Shown here: positions 1 through 9,212 of the stretch, piece by piece
Numbering within the stretch: the stretch's first letter is position 1
Layout of the letters: the number at the start of each line of letters is the position of its first letter
Notes under the pieces: generated by a model
What the model was told of the DNA's origin: nothing
Database searches by the model: none
What the model saw: the letters and a program-made list of their open reading frames with translations, nothing else
Translations under genes and position numbers: made by a program
Origin: Candidatus Eiseniibacteriota bacterium
GTDB taxonomy: Bacteria; Eisenbacteria; RBG-16-71-46; DASYSL01
Assembly: GCA_046598045.1 (NCBI GenBank)
Contig: JBKJJJ010000162.1
Coordinates: 17-64,016, forward strand
DNA: 64,000 nt
Direction of reading: 5' to 3'

Positions 1-173
1 TTTCCAAACACGAATTCGACCGGGCGCGCCGCCGGAAGGCTCCGGCATGACGACTCGGTCGACGGGAGGAAATCCATCGTGTCTTACGTCTTGGAGGATA
101 CCACCCGGGTGAATGGCCGGTTCCCCCGAATTCCTGAAGTCCCGGCGACCTCGGCGTTGCGAAATGCAATTGC

Positions 174-497
174 TCAGCTTTGCGCTGCCCCCCAGCGGTG
201 TCGCGCCAGATCCACCCGGCCCGCGCGCGTAAAGCCTACGCCCTCCCGCTCGAGCCGCAGGCGCTGAGTGCGCGCGGCGTGCGGCGCAAAGCGGCCCACG
301 CTCAGCACCCCACCCGCGCCGACGACGCGGTGCCACGGCAGCGCTGTGCCTTCGGGCGACATGCCGAGCACGGTGCCGACGAGCCGCGCGCGGCCCGGGA
401 GGCCGGCCCTTGCCGCGACGTCGCCGTAGGTGGCGACGCGTCCGCGCGGGATGCGGCGCACCACCACGCGGATTCGGTCGTGCACCGCGGTGTTCAT
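174..497 (-). CDS. Alkyltransferase-like protein (MGMT/Ogt DNA-binding domain family, Trp replaces active-site Cys: PWHRVV)
   Basis: 107 aa ORF; motif 'LPWHRVVGAGG' matches O6-alkylguanine-DNA alkyltransferase C-terminal domain with PCHR->PWHR substitution typical of ATL proteins. Confidence 0.75.
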   Translation of the reverse strand: MNTAVHDRIRVVVRRIPRGRVATYGDVAARAGLPGRARLVGTVLGMSPEGTALPWHRVVGAGGVLSVGRFAPHAARTQRLRLEREGVGFTRAGRVDLARHRWGAAQS

Positions 498-498
498 C

Positions 499-2028
499 TC
501 AGACGTCGAAGTGCACGCCCTGGGCGAGCGGGAGTTCCTTGCCGTAGTTGATCGTCACGGTCTGCCGGCGCATGTAGAGCTTCCAACTGTCCGAGCCCGC
601 CTCGCGCCCGCCGCCGGTGTCCTTCTCGCCGCCGAACGCGCCGCCGATCTCCGCACCGGAGGTGCCGAGGTTGACGTTCGCGATCCCGCAATCCGATCCG
701 GCCGCCGAGAGGAAGCGCTCCGCCGCGAGCACGTCGCGCGTGAAGATCGCCGAGGACAGCCCCTGCGGCACGCCGTTGTTGACCGCGATCGCCTCGTCCA
801 CGTCCGCCACCTCGATGACGTAGAGGATGGGCGCGAACGTCTCCTCCTGCACGATCTTCATGTCCGCGCGCGCGGCCACGATCGTGGGCTCGACGAAGTG
901 GCCCGGGCGATCGATCTTCCTGCCACCGTAGAGAATCGTGGCGCCCTCGGCCTTCGCCGCCGCCAGCGCCTTCTCGTAGTCGGCGACCGCGTGCTCGTCG
1001 ACCAGCGGGCCCATCAGCGTGTCCGGGTCGAGCGGATCGCCGATCCTGACCGAGGCGTAGACCTTCTTGAGGCGCTCGACCACGTCCTTCGCCACGCCCT
1101 TCTGCACCACGAGGCGGCGCGTGGTCGTGCAGCGCTGGCCGGCCGTGCCGCAGGCGGCGAACGTGACCGCGCGCACCGCGAGGTCCAGGTCCGCGTCGTC
1201 GAGCACGACGATCGCGTTGTTGCCCCCCAACTCGAGGATCATGCGGCCCATGCGCGGCCCGACCACCTCGGAGATGTGGCGGCCCATGCGCGTCGAGCCC
1301 GTGGCGGAGATCAGCGGCACGCGCGGGTCCTTGAGCATGCGCTCGCCGACCTCGTCGACCGAGCCCATCACCATGCCGAACAGGCCGGGCGTGTCGAACT
1401 CCTCCATCAGCTTGTGGCAGAGGTTCTGCACCGCGATCGCCGTCAGCGGCACCTTATGCGAGGGCTTCCACACCACCGGATCGCCGCACACGATCGCGAG
1501 CGCCGCGTTCCACGCCCACACCGCGACCGGGAAGTTGAACGCCGAGATCACGCCGACCACGCCGAGCGGCTGCCACTGCTCGTACATGCGGTGGCTCGGG
1601 CGCTCGCTGTGCATCGACAGCCCGTAGAGCTGGCGCGAGAGGCCGACCGCGAAGTCGCAGATGTCGATCATCTCCTGCACCTCGCCGAGGCCCTCGGAGA
1701 CGATCTTGCCGTTCTCGAGCGCGACCAGGCGGCCGAGGTCATCCTTGTGCTCGCGCAGCAGGTTGGCGAGCGCGCGGATGATCTCGCCGCGGCGCGGCGC
1801 GGGGACGGTGCGCCAGGTCGCGAACTGCCGGGTCGCGGCCTGCATCACGGCCTCGTAGTCGGCGGCGAGCGCCTGGCGCACGCGCGCGATCGGCTCGCCG
1901 GTCGCGGGATTCGTGGAGACCAACTCGGGGCCCTGGGTCTCGAGCCAGCGGCCGTGCGCGGCGCCCGCGTTGACGGGGCGCACGCCGAGCCGGTCGAGCA
2001 CTGCCGAGGCGGACGTCATGGTGGACAT
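499..2028 (-). CDS. Aldehyde dehydrogenase, ALDH7 (alpha-aminoadipic semialdehyde / piperideine-6-carboxylate dehydrogenase)-like
   Basis: 509 aa; ALDH catalytic motifs (ELGGNN, ...CTTTRR) and C-terminal 'GAFGGEKDTGGGREAGSDSWKLYMRR' characteristic of antiquitin/ALDH7 family. Confidence 0.85.
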   Translation of the reverse strand: MSTMTSASAVLDRLGVRPVNAGAAHGRWLETQGPELVSTNPATGEPIARVRQALAADYEAVMQAATRQFATWRTVPAPRRGEIIRALANLLREHKDDLGRLVALENGKIVSEGLGEVQEMIDICDFAVGLSRQLYGLSMHSERPSHRMYEQWQPLGVVGVISAFNFPVAVWAWNAALAIVCGDPVVWKPSHKVPLTAIAVQNLCHKLMEEFDTPGLFGMVMGSVDEVGERMLKDPRVPLISATGSTRMGRHISEVVGPRMGRMILELGGNNAIVVLDDADLDLAVRAVTFAACGTAGQRCTTTRRLVVQKGVAKDVVERLKKVYASVRIGDPLDPDTLMGPLVDEHAVADYEKALAAAKAEGATILYGGRKIDRPGHFVEPTIVAARADMKIVQEETFAPILYVIEVADVDEAIAVNNGVPQGLSSAIFTRDVLAAERFLSAAGSDCGIANVNLGTSGAEIGGAFGGEKDTGGGREAGSDSWKLYMRRQTVTINYGKELPLAQGVHFDV

Positions 2029-2195
2029 TGGGTTCCTCCGGGTGGGGGCGAAATCGTCGGCCTCAGGATATCAGATGCGGTCCGGCCGTGAATTGTCACA
2101 GGACGGACATCCGGACCGGGGCCCGCGGGGAAGCCGCCAGGACGGTGCGCCCCGGCGGTCTTGCCGCGCGCGGCGCGAGATCCTAGTATCGGCCC

Positions 2196-5100
2196 GTGAT
2201 CGAAACCGGTGCGACGCTCGGCCCCTACGTCATCCTCGGCCAACTCGGCGAGGGCGGCATGGGCACCGTCTTCCGCGCGCGCGACACCCGGCTCGATCGC
2301 GAGGTCGCGCTCAAGATGCTGCCGCCCGAGTTCGCGGCCGATCCGTCGCGCCTCGCGCGCTTTCGCCAGGAAGCGCTCGCGATCGCCGCGCTCAATCACC
2401 CCAACGTCGCGACCATCTACGGCTTCGAGGAGCCCGCCAAGGGCGCGCTCTTCCTCGTGCTCGAGAAGGTCGAGGGCGAGTCGCTCGCCGAGCGCCTCGA
2501 GCGCGGCCCGCTGCCCGTCGAAGAATCACTTCGTGTGTGCGCGCAGGTCGCCGAGGCACTCGAGGTCGCGCACGAGCGCGGCGTGATCCACCGGGACATC
2601 AAGCCGGGCAACGTCATGCTCGGCCCGCGCGGCCTGGTCAAGGTGCTCGACTTCGGCCTCGCCGAGGACACGCGCGCGCACCCGTCCGCGGCGCCTCCCG
2701 CGTCCGGCACACCGCCCCCGCCCCCGGCTTCGCCCACCTCCGCCGCGGCGGGCTCATCCGGGGCCCCGGCGAGCTCGCCGATGATGCCGGGCATGACGAT
2801 CGGCCCCGGTCTCTTCGATCGCACGATCGCCCCGGGCGCGCCGCTGCCGGCAGACGCCACGATCGTCCCGCGCGATCCCGACGCGACGATCGCCGGGTCG
2901 TCGGGCTCGGGCGGCACGTCCGCGCTCGGCGGGGTTTCGGGCACGCCGGGCTACATGAGCCCGGAGCAGATCAGGGCCGCGCCGCAGGACGCGCGCACGG
3001 ACGTGTTCGCGTTCGGCTGCGTGCTCTACGAGTGCCTGACCGGGCAGCGCGCGTTCCCGGGCGACATGATCGGCGCGATGAAGGCCGCGCTCCAGCTCGA
3101 GCCCGATTACGCCGCGCTGCCCGAGCGCACCCCATCGCGCGTACGCGCGCTGCTGGTCCGCACGCTCGCCAAGGACCCGGCCGGCCGCCTCGCCGACATC
3201 AGGAGCGCACGCCTCGAGATCGAGGACGCACTCGGCATCCGGCGCGCCTCGGCGCTCATGGCGGGCGAGGCGCCCGACGTCGCGCCCAACAACCTGCCGC
3301 GCCAGACCTCGAGCTTCGTCGGACGCCAGGGCGAGATCGCCGCCTGCGTGCGGGCGCTCGGCACGACGCGCCTGCTCACGCTCACGGGCGTCGGCGGCAG
3401 CGGCAAGACGCGTCTCGCGCTCAAGGTCGCCGAGGTCCGCCTCGCCGAGGCGCCCGACGGCGTCTGGTTCGTCGACCTCGCGCCGGTGACCGATCCCGAG
3501 CGCGTGGCGCTGACCATCGCCGCCGCGGTGGGCGTGCGCGAGGAGCCCGGCCAGTCGCTGATCCAGTCGCTGTGTTCGCACTTCGCGACCCGCAACGCGC
3601 TGCTCGTGCTCGACAACTGCGAGCACCTCGTGACCGCGAGCGCGGCCACGGTCGAGATCCTGCTCGACGCCGCGCCCGACTTGCGCGTGCTCGCGACCAG
3701 CCGCGAGGCGCTCTCGATCCCCGGCGAGACGCTGCACGGCGTGCCCACGCTCGCCCTGCCGCCGAGCGACGCGAAGCTCACCGCCGAGGCGCTCGTCGAG
3801 TACGAGGCGGCCCGCCTGTTCGTCGACCGCGGCAAGCAGGTGCGGCCCGACTTCCAGGTGAAGGACACCGAGGCGCCGATCATCGCGGACCTGTGCCGCC
3901 GCCTCGACGGCATCCCGCTCGCGATCGAGCTCGCCGCCGCGCGCCTGCGCGTGCTCGGCGTGACCGAGATCCGCGCGCGCCTCGATGACCGTTTCCGCCT
4001 GCTCACGGGCGGCAGTCGCACCGCCCTCCCGCGCCACCAGACGCTGCGCGCGACCATCCAGTGGAGCTACGACCAGCTGGTGCCCGAAGAACAGCGCTTC
4101 CTCCGCGCGCTCGCGGCGTTCACCGGCGGATGGACGCTCGAAACCGCGACCGCGGTGTGCGACGAGAACGGCGACGAGTTTGAGACGCTCGACAACCTCA
4201 CGCGCCTGGTCGACAAGTCGCTCGCCGTGGTCGAACGCGGCGAGAGCACCTCGCGCTACCGCTTCCTCGAGACCGTGCGCCAGTACGCACTCGAGGAACT
4301 GAACTCGGCCGGCGAAGGCGCGGCGGCGCGCGACCGCCACCTCGCCACGTTCGAGCGCATCGCGGGCGAGGCCGAGCGCGGACTGCTCGGACACGAGCAG
4401 GCGCAGTGGCTCCGCCGGCTGGAGCTCGAACACGGCAACCTTCGGGCCGCGCTCGACTGGTGCGGCACCGCCGACAACGGCATCGAGCGCGGGCTCGCAT
4501 TCGCCGCGGCGGTGTCGCGCTTCTGGACGACGCTCGGCTACTACGAACTGGGCTGGAGCCTGCTCAAGGCGGCGCTCGACCGCGACGCCGCGCGCGCGCC
4601 GACTGCCGCCCGCGGCAAGGCGCTCGTGCGCGCCGGCGGCCTCGCGCTCTATCGCGGCGACTACGCGACCGCGCGGCCGCTGATCGAGGAGAGCCTCGCG
4701 ATTCACCGCGCGCAGGGCGACACCAAGGGCGAGGCGCGCGCGCTCTCGGGCCTGAGCACGGTCGCGACCTACGAGGGCGACTATGCGGCCGCGCGCGCGT
4801 TCAGCGAGGAGAGTCACGCGCGCTACCAGAAGCTCGGGGACCGTCGCGGCGAGGCGGTGGCGCTGCACAACCTGGGCTATGTCGCCGTCCGCCAGGGCGA
4901 CGCCAGCAGCGCGCGCGCGCTGTTCGACGACTCGCTCGCGATCCTGCGCGCGGTCGGGGACCGGGAGCTGATGGCGCTCACGCTGTCGGACCTCGCGCTC
5001 GTCGCGCTCCGGCTCTCCGACCCCGCCCGGGCCCGCGCGGCGCTCGCCGAGGCGCTCGACCTGGTCGCCGACCTGGGCGCCAAGCGCGAGGGCGCCTATG

Positions 5101-5357
5101 CGCTCGAGGCCGCCGCCGAGCTTGCGCTCACGGGCGGCGACGGGGCGCGGGCGGCCCGGCTCGGCGCCGCGGCGGAGGCCCTGAGGGAGGCGATGGGCTC
5201 CCCGCTCGTGCCCTCCGAGGAGTTGGAGCGCCAGGGCTTCCTCGCCCGGGTCGAGCAAGCGCTGGAGCCTTCGGATTGGGCGGCGGAGCGGGCCCGGGGC
5301 AAGGCGCTGTCCTTCCCGGACGCCGTCGCGGATGCCCGCGCGGGCCTCGGGACCTGA
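2196..5357 (+). CDS. Ser/Thr protein kinase fused to NB-ARC/AAA ATPase and C-terminal TPR repeats (STAND-type signalling kinase)
   Basis: 1053 aa; N-terminal Hanks kinase motifs ([32 protein letters not shown]), Pro-rich linker, Walker A 'GVGGSGKT', LLVLDNCEH, then multiple TPR-like repeats; GTG start. Confidence 0.8.
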   Translation: MIETGATLGPYVILGQLGEGGMGTVFRARDTRLDREVALKMLPPEFAADPSRLARFRQEALAIAALNHPNVATIYGFEEPAKGALFLVLEKVEGESLAERLERGPLPVEESLRVCAQVAEALEVAHERGVIHRDIKPGNVMLGPRGLVKVLDFGLAEDTRAHPSAAPPASGTPPPPPASPTSAAAGSSGAPASSPMMPGMTIGPGLFDRTIAPGAPLPADATIVPRDPDATIAGSSGSGGTSALGGVSGTPGYMSPEQIRAAPQDARTDVFAFGCVLYECLTGQRAFPGDMIGAMKAALQLEPDYAALPERTPSRVRALLVRTLAKDPAGRLADIRSARLEIEDALGIRRASALMAGEAPDVAPNNLPRQTSSFVGRQGEIAACVRALGTTRLLTLTGVGGSGKTRLALKVAEVRLAEAPDGVWFVDLAPVTDPERVALTIAAAVGVREEPGQSLIQSLCSHFATRNALLVLDNCEHLVTASAATVEILLDAAPDLRVLATSREALSIPGETLHGVPTLALPPSDAKLTAEALVEYEAARLFVDRGKQVRPDFQVKDTEAPIIADLCRRLDGIPLAIELAAARLRVLGVTEIRARLDDRFRLLTGGSRTALPRHQTLRATIQWSYDQLVPEEQRFLRALAAFTGGWTLETATAVCDENGDEFETLDNLTRLVDKSLAVVERGESTSRYRFLETVRQYALEELNSAGEGAAARDRHLATFERIAGEAERGLLGHEQAQWLRRLELEHGNLRAALDWCGTADNGIERGLAFAAAVSRFWTTLGYYELGWSLLKAALDRDAARAPTAARGKALVRAGGLALYRGDYATARPLIEESLAIHRAQGDTKGEARALSGLSTVATYEGDYAAARAFSEESHARYQKLGDRRGEAVALHNLGYVAVRQGDASSARALFDDSLAILRAVGDRELMALTLSDLALVALRLSDPARARAALAEALDLVADLGAKREGAYALEAAAELALTGGDGARAARLGAAAEALREAMGSPLVPSEELERQGFLARVEQALEPSDWAAERARGKALSFPDAVADARAGLGT

Positions 5358-5423
5358 GGGTGCCCAAGCCGGGGCTTGATTCGGGGCCCCGAATCCCGTA
5401 AGCTCTTCGAGTTCCTGAATCTG

Positions 5424-5442
5424 CGTTCCACGGAATGGAACG
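5424..5442. promoter_or_regulatory. Inverted repeat CGTTCCA-n5-TGGAACG upstream of the first secreted-protein gene (candidate operator)
   Basis: Perfect 7-bp arms with 5-bp spacer seen in intergenic region 5358-5549, ~110 nt upstream of start at 5550. Confidence 0.3.
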
Positions 5443-5549
5443 CGGCTCCGCGGTCGTCTGCGCTCATTCGATCCCTCCGAAGCGCGCCGGGCCGGTTCGA
5501 TCAGTACCGTCGAGTGGGTATTCGGTGACTCCCCTGCTCCCCCATTGAG

Positions 5550-6248
5550 GTGCACCACATGAAGCATGTTGCGATCGCGCTGTTCCTGGCGGTCCTGGGC
5601 CTGGTGGCTCCGCGGCCGCATGCCGCACAGGCGCAGACGCTTTTTGTCGACTACTTCGGCTACGACTACGAGTCGCCGAACCCGAACCCGTCGACGTTCG
5701 GCGAGCCGGGGAGCATCTACAACAGTCTCGGCCCCGCGCCGAACCTGTTCGCTCCGCTGGTGCCCGACACGGCGAACAACCAGTACACCTACTACATGAC
5801 CGCGCTGTCGCCGATCAACGTGCAGAATTTCGGCACGTACGTCGTGATCGACTACGCGCCGGGCGGCCTCTTCCAGGTTTGGGAGGACGCGAAGTCGAGC
5901 GGCACGCCGTACGATTACGGCGTGAATCCGCCCAATGCCACGGCGCCCGGGACGTTCACCGACGGGACCAAGTTCGTCGAGGGCTCGCTCGACCAGTTCC
6001 AGATCGTGCTCAACACGGCCACGGGGAGCGGCAGTTTCAACGCCATCTTCACGTTGACCGGCGGCTCGCAGCTGGTCAACGTCCCGGCGAATCAGCGCGC
6101 CGGCTGGACGTTCGCCGGCACGACCGCGAACGAATTGCGACGTCCCTCCGGCTACGACCACCAGGTCGACGGTCAGGTCTTCCTTAACGAACCGTCTCCC
6201 GCGCGGGCTTCGAGCTGGGGTTCGGTCAAGGCTCGCTACCGTCAGTAG
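5550..6248 (+). CDS. Secreted protein of unknown function with C-terminal ...SSWGSVKARYRQ tail (family member A)
   Basis: 232 aa; clear N-terminal signal peptide (MHHMKHVAIALFLAVLGLVAPRPHAAQAQ); paralog of next gene; ends with W-G-x-[LIV]-K-x-x-Y-R motif. Confidence 0.6.
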   Translation: MHHMKHVAIALFLAVLGLVAPRPHAAQAQTLFVDYFGYDYESPNPNPSTFGEPGSIYNSLGPAPNLFAPLVPDTANNQYTYYMTALSPINVQNFGTYVVIDYAPGGLFQVWEDAKSSGTPYDYGVNPPNATAPGTFTDGTKFVEGSLDQFQIVLNTATGSGSFNAIFTLTGGSQLVNVPANQRAGWTFAGTTANELRRPSGYDHQVDGQVFLNEPSPARASSWGSVKARYRQ

Positions 6249-6281
6249 CCGGCCCGCACACGGCCGATCCTGGAGGAACGT

Positions 6282-6983
6282 ATGAAGCTTCGAAACCTGA
6301 TGACCAGCGCCCTGCTGCTGGGCGCCCTTGCGGCGGTGCCGGCGTTTGCCGGCCCGGCGATCGATTGGGATCCCGCGTTCGTGTATGGCCCCGGCGCAGC
6401 CGTCGGGGTCGTGACTCCCGGCACGGAGCTCCGTGGCGTGGGCATCGTGAGCGCGTTCGGCGGATCCCTCGCCGACCTCGACGCCAACGATCCAACCACC
6501 GAGTACACGTTCATCTTCCGTGGACTGATCGCGCAGCCGACCGCAGTCAGCGGTACGCCGGCGTACACGTTCTGGACGACCAACTACACGGGCGGGATCA
6601 TCGAGCTGTACGCGGGTTCGCCGCGCAACTCGTCGTTCGCCCCGAACCCGGAGAACGCGATTGTTCCGTCCACCTTCGAGGACGGTTCGTTGCTGCTCAA
6701 GGGCGTGTTCACGTCGTTCTACGTGCAGACCAACAACTTCACCGCCTTCCAGACCGGTAACATGGAGGGCAACGTGACCTGGACGGGCGGATCGCGGCTG
6801 GCCGCTGCAACCGGCGGCAGCAACGAGCCCTGCCCGGGCCTGTTCACGGGTGGCATCACGTGGCGGCCCTCGGTCCTGATTCCGGGCTACGTGTTCCGCC
6901 ACGATGGCAAGATCGACTTCAATTGCCCGGCGCCGGCAGCGCCGTCGACCTGGGGCAAGCTGAAGGCGCAATACCGCGACTGA
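6282..6983 (+). CDS. Secreted protein of unknown function with C-terminal ...STWGKLKAQYRD tail (family member B)
   Basis: 233 aa; signal peptide MKLRNLMTSALLLGALAAVPAFAG; RBS GGAGGA upstream; shares internal blocks with 5550..6248; same C-terminal motif. Confidence 0.6.
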   Translation: MKLRNLMTSALLLGALAAVPAFAGPAIDWDPAFVYGPGAAVGVVTPGTELRGVGIVSAFGGSLADLDANDPTTEYTFIFRGLIAQPTAVSGTPAYTFWTTNYTGGIIELYAGSPRNSSFAPNPENAIVPSTFEDGSLLLKGVFTSFYVQTNNFTAFQTGNMEGNVTWTGGSRLAAATGGSNEPCPGLFTGGITWRPSVLIPGYVFRHDGKIDFNCPAPAAPSTWGKLKAQYRD

Positions 6984-7028
6984 CCGGCCGGGGCATTTGC
7001 CCCACCGATCGGGAGCAGAGCACACGAA

Positions 7029-7059
7029 ACGCCCCCGGGTTCGTCCCGGGGGCGTTTTC
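7029..7059 (+). terminator. Rho-independent terminator candidate (GCCCCCGGG-ttcgt-CCCGGGGGC + GTTTTC)
   Basis: 9-bp perfect GC stem, 5-nt loop, U-rich tail immediately after stop of 6282..6983. Confidence 0.6.
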
Positions 7060-7263
7060 GCATCGACCAAGGGCCCGATTGACAAGCATTCCTCTGTCTG
7101 GCATACTTTGGTGGCTCTGGATGCTGCTCGTGTCCTTAGGTGGCGCCGCATCCATTTGATGAAACAGATTTTATCATCCTTCCGGCTCGCAACCCTCCTG
7201 CGACACCGTGACATTTCTCAGCCCGGTCCCGGACTTCGTGTCCGAATCGTCGGAGAGGCCATC

Positions 7264-8175
7264 ATGCAGACTAAATTGCTTCGAATGTTGACGGCGGCGC
7301 TGCTCAGCGTGGCGATCTCGAGCGGCTCGGCCGCTGCCGACGAGCTCAGTATTCCCGCGGTGAACGCGGTGAACGCGAAGCCCTCGACGGTCCGGATCCA
7401 GATCAGGGCCGGCGCGACCGGGGCCCAGCAGGGCTTCACGGCCCAGTGGATGAAGCAGGCCGACTTCTACGCGCTCGGCGGCTGGCCGGTCCTCCCGAAC
7501 CCGGCGCTCAAGTCGGGCAACTTCATCGGCGTCCCGGTCTGGACGACCGATGGCGACGCGGGCGACTACACGCTCGAGCCCCAACAGTGGATCGAAGTCG
7601 AGCTCGGCCAGCTGTTCGACGAGACCGGGGTCGCGGCCACCTCGACGAGCGAGCTCGAGCCCGCCACGACGTATGTCGTGCGCGTCTTCGCCCGCGCGGC
7701 CGGCGGCTTCACACAGAGCCAGTTCAGCCCGACCGCGGCCGTCAACACGCTGGTCCAGACCCAGAACTGCACGTACACGCAGGGCTACTGGAAGAACCAC
7801 GCCAGCGCATGGCCGGTGACCAGCCTCACGCTCGGCACGGTGACCTACACCAAGGCCCAGCTGCTCGGGATCCTGAACGAGCCCGCCCGCGGCAACGGGC
7901 TGCTGATCCTGGCCCATCAGTTGATCGCCGCGAAGCTGAACCTCGCGATGGGCGCGAACGGGAGCTACATTGCGCCGACGATTGCGGCTGCCGACGCCCA
8001 GATCGGGTCGTTGATCATCCCGCCGACCGGTGGGGGCTATCTCCCGCCGTCCTCGACGAGCGCGAACGCGCACATCCTCGACGACTGGAACAACGGCATC
8101 ACGGGACCGGGACACTGCGGCACGACGCCGGCCCAGCCCTCGACCTGGGGCTCGCTGAAGGCTCTGTACCGCTAA
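7264..8175 (+). CDS. Secreted protein with FN3-like N-terminal domain, conserved 'NCTYTQGYWKNH' block and C-terminal ...PSTWGSLKALYR tail (family member C)
   Basis: 303 aa from internal ATG of ORF 6997..8175 (signal peptide MQTKLLRMLTAALLSVAISSGSAAA); ~65% identical paralog of 9213..10127. Confidence 0.65.
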   Translation: MQTKLLRMLTAALLSVAISSGSAAADELSIPAVNAVNAKPSTVRIQIRAGATGAQQGFTAQWMKQADFYALGGWPVLPNPALKSGNFIGVPVWTTDGDAGDYTLEPQQWIEVELGQLFDETGVAATSTSELEPATTYVVRVFARAAGGFTQSQFSPTAAVNTLVQTQNCTYTQGYWKNHASAWPVTSLTLGTVTYTKAQLLGILNEPARGNGLLILAHQLIAAKLNLAMGANGSYIAPTIAAADAQIGSLIIPPTGGGYLPPSSTSANAHILDDWNNGITGPGHCGTTPAQPSTWGSLKALYR

Positions 8176-8200
8176 CCTCTCGTCCAGCCCGGTAGACCGC

Positions 8201-8237
8201 GACCACCGCCACCCGATTGGCGGTGGTCGTCTGCTTT
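8201..8237 (+). terminator. Rho-independent terminator candidate (GACCACCGCC-loop-GGCGGTGGTC + GTCTGCTTT)
   Basis: 10-bp perfect stem 26 nt after stop at 8175; lies between convergent genes 7264..8175(+) and 8257..8784(-). Confidence 0.55.
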
Positions 8238-8256
8238 GGCGGCCGGGTTCCCCGGG

Positions 8257-8784
8257 CTACCAGCCGCGCGCGGACCGCAGGGCCGTGACCTGGGCCGTGT
8301 GATGCTTCCCGTGCCACGCGTAGAGCCCGAGCGTGCGCTCCAGCGTCAGGGGCGCCGCGCTCGCGGGGTGGCGGTACTGCCGCGCGAGGTCCGCCGGCGT
8401 CAGCGCGCGCAGCAGCCGCACCCAGCGCACGTGCAGGTTCTCGAGCAACGCGAGCGAGGGCTCGACCGATCCGCTGCGGGCATCCGGCAGCTCGGCCCAG
8501 CGGCTCTCCTCGTAGTCCTTGACCAGGGGAGCCTCCTCGGTCAGCGCCAGCTTGAAGCGCACGTAGGCGTTCATGTGACTGTCCGGGACGTGGTGCGCAA
8601 CCTGCCGCAGCGTCCAGCCGCCTTCGCGGTAAGGGGTGTCGAGCTGGGCATCGTCGAGGCCCTGGACGGCCGCCCGGAGGCGGGCGGGGGCGGCCGCGAT
8701 CTCGTCGATCCAGCCGGCGATCGTGAAAACATCCGGCGAGGCGACGGCGACGTATGGACCAGTAGGATAGCGCGGGTCAGGCAT
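8257..8784 (-). CDS. DinB/YfiT-like metal-dependent hydrolase (DinB_2 superfamily, putative thiol transferase)
   Basis: 175 aa; conserved His triad context (HHVPDSHMNAY ... WHGKHHTAQV) typical of YfiT/DinB_2 proteins. Confidence 0.75.
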   Translation of the reverse strand: MPDPRYPTGPYVAVASPDVFTIAGWIDEIAAAPARLRAAVQGLDDAQLDTPYREGGWTLRQVAHHVPDSHMNAYVRFKLALTEEAPLVKDYEESRWAELPDARSGSVEPSLALLENLHVRWVRLLRALTPADLARQYRHPASAAPLTLERTLGLYAWHGKHHTAQVTALRSARGW

Positions 8785-8788
8785 CTCT

Positions 8789-8935
8789 CCCCTTGTGGGC
8801 TGAAGATTGGGTACGGGGCCGAAAAGGGCTCCTGAAAGGCCCCGGCGCAGGGGCCGGGGGACAAAAAGTCCCGCGTCCTCAGGGTTGGTCCCGGGTGTCC
8901 TCAGACCATACCCAATCTTCAGCCCACAACGGGGG
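8789..8935. repeat. Large inverted repeat (~26-bp arms CCCCTTGTGGGCTGAAGATTGGGTAC / revcomp, ~94-nt spacer) in divergent intergenic region
   Basis: Arm 8789-8814 and arm 8909-8935 are near-perfect reverse complements; spacer itself GC-rich and partly palindromic; no ORF. Confidence 0.5.
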
Positions 8936-9212
8936 GGAACCCCGGAACGCAGCTATTGACGAGGGATTCCGGTTCGGGCAGTTTTCCGGGATTGCGGATT
9001 TGCCACATTGGCTCGAGGCACCCCGCTCGCTTTCGTTTCCAGGTTTTTCACGTCCCCCCGGCTCGCACTCCCCTGCGACACCGTGCGGCCTCTTCCGCGG
9101 CCTTTGGCCTTCGTGCCGAGCCCGCTGGGTGGAGTGCACCCGACGGGGCTTCCTCGAGGGTCGTCCGGCCGAGACTTCGGCCTCGGTGGCCATCGAATCA
9201 CAAGGAGAAGTC

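Noticed and set aside
430-2091. 553-aa ORF on plus strand
   Set aside because: Antisense of the ALDH7 gene, which has unambiguous catalytic motifs; artefact.
2754-7214. 1486-aa ORF on minus strand
   Set aside because: Antisense to the well-supported STAND kinase and secreted-protein genes; Arg/Ala/Gly-rich low-complexity translation typical of open alternative frames in 70% GC DNA; no domain signal.
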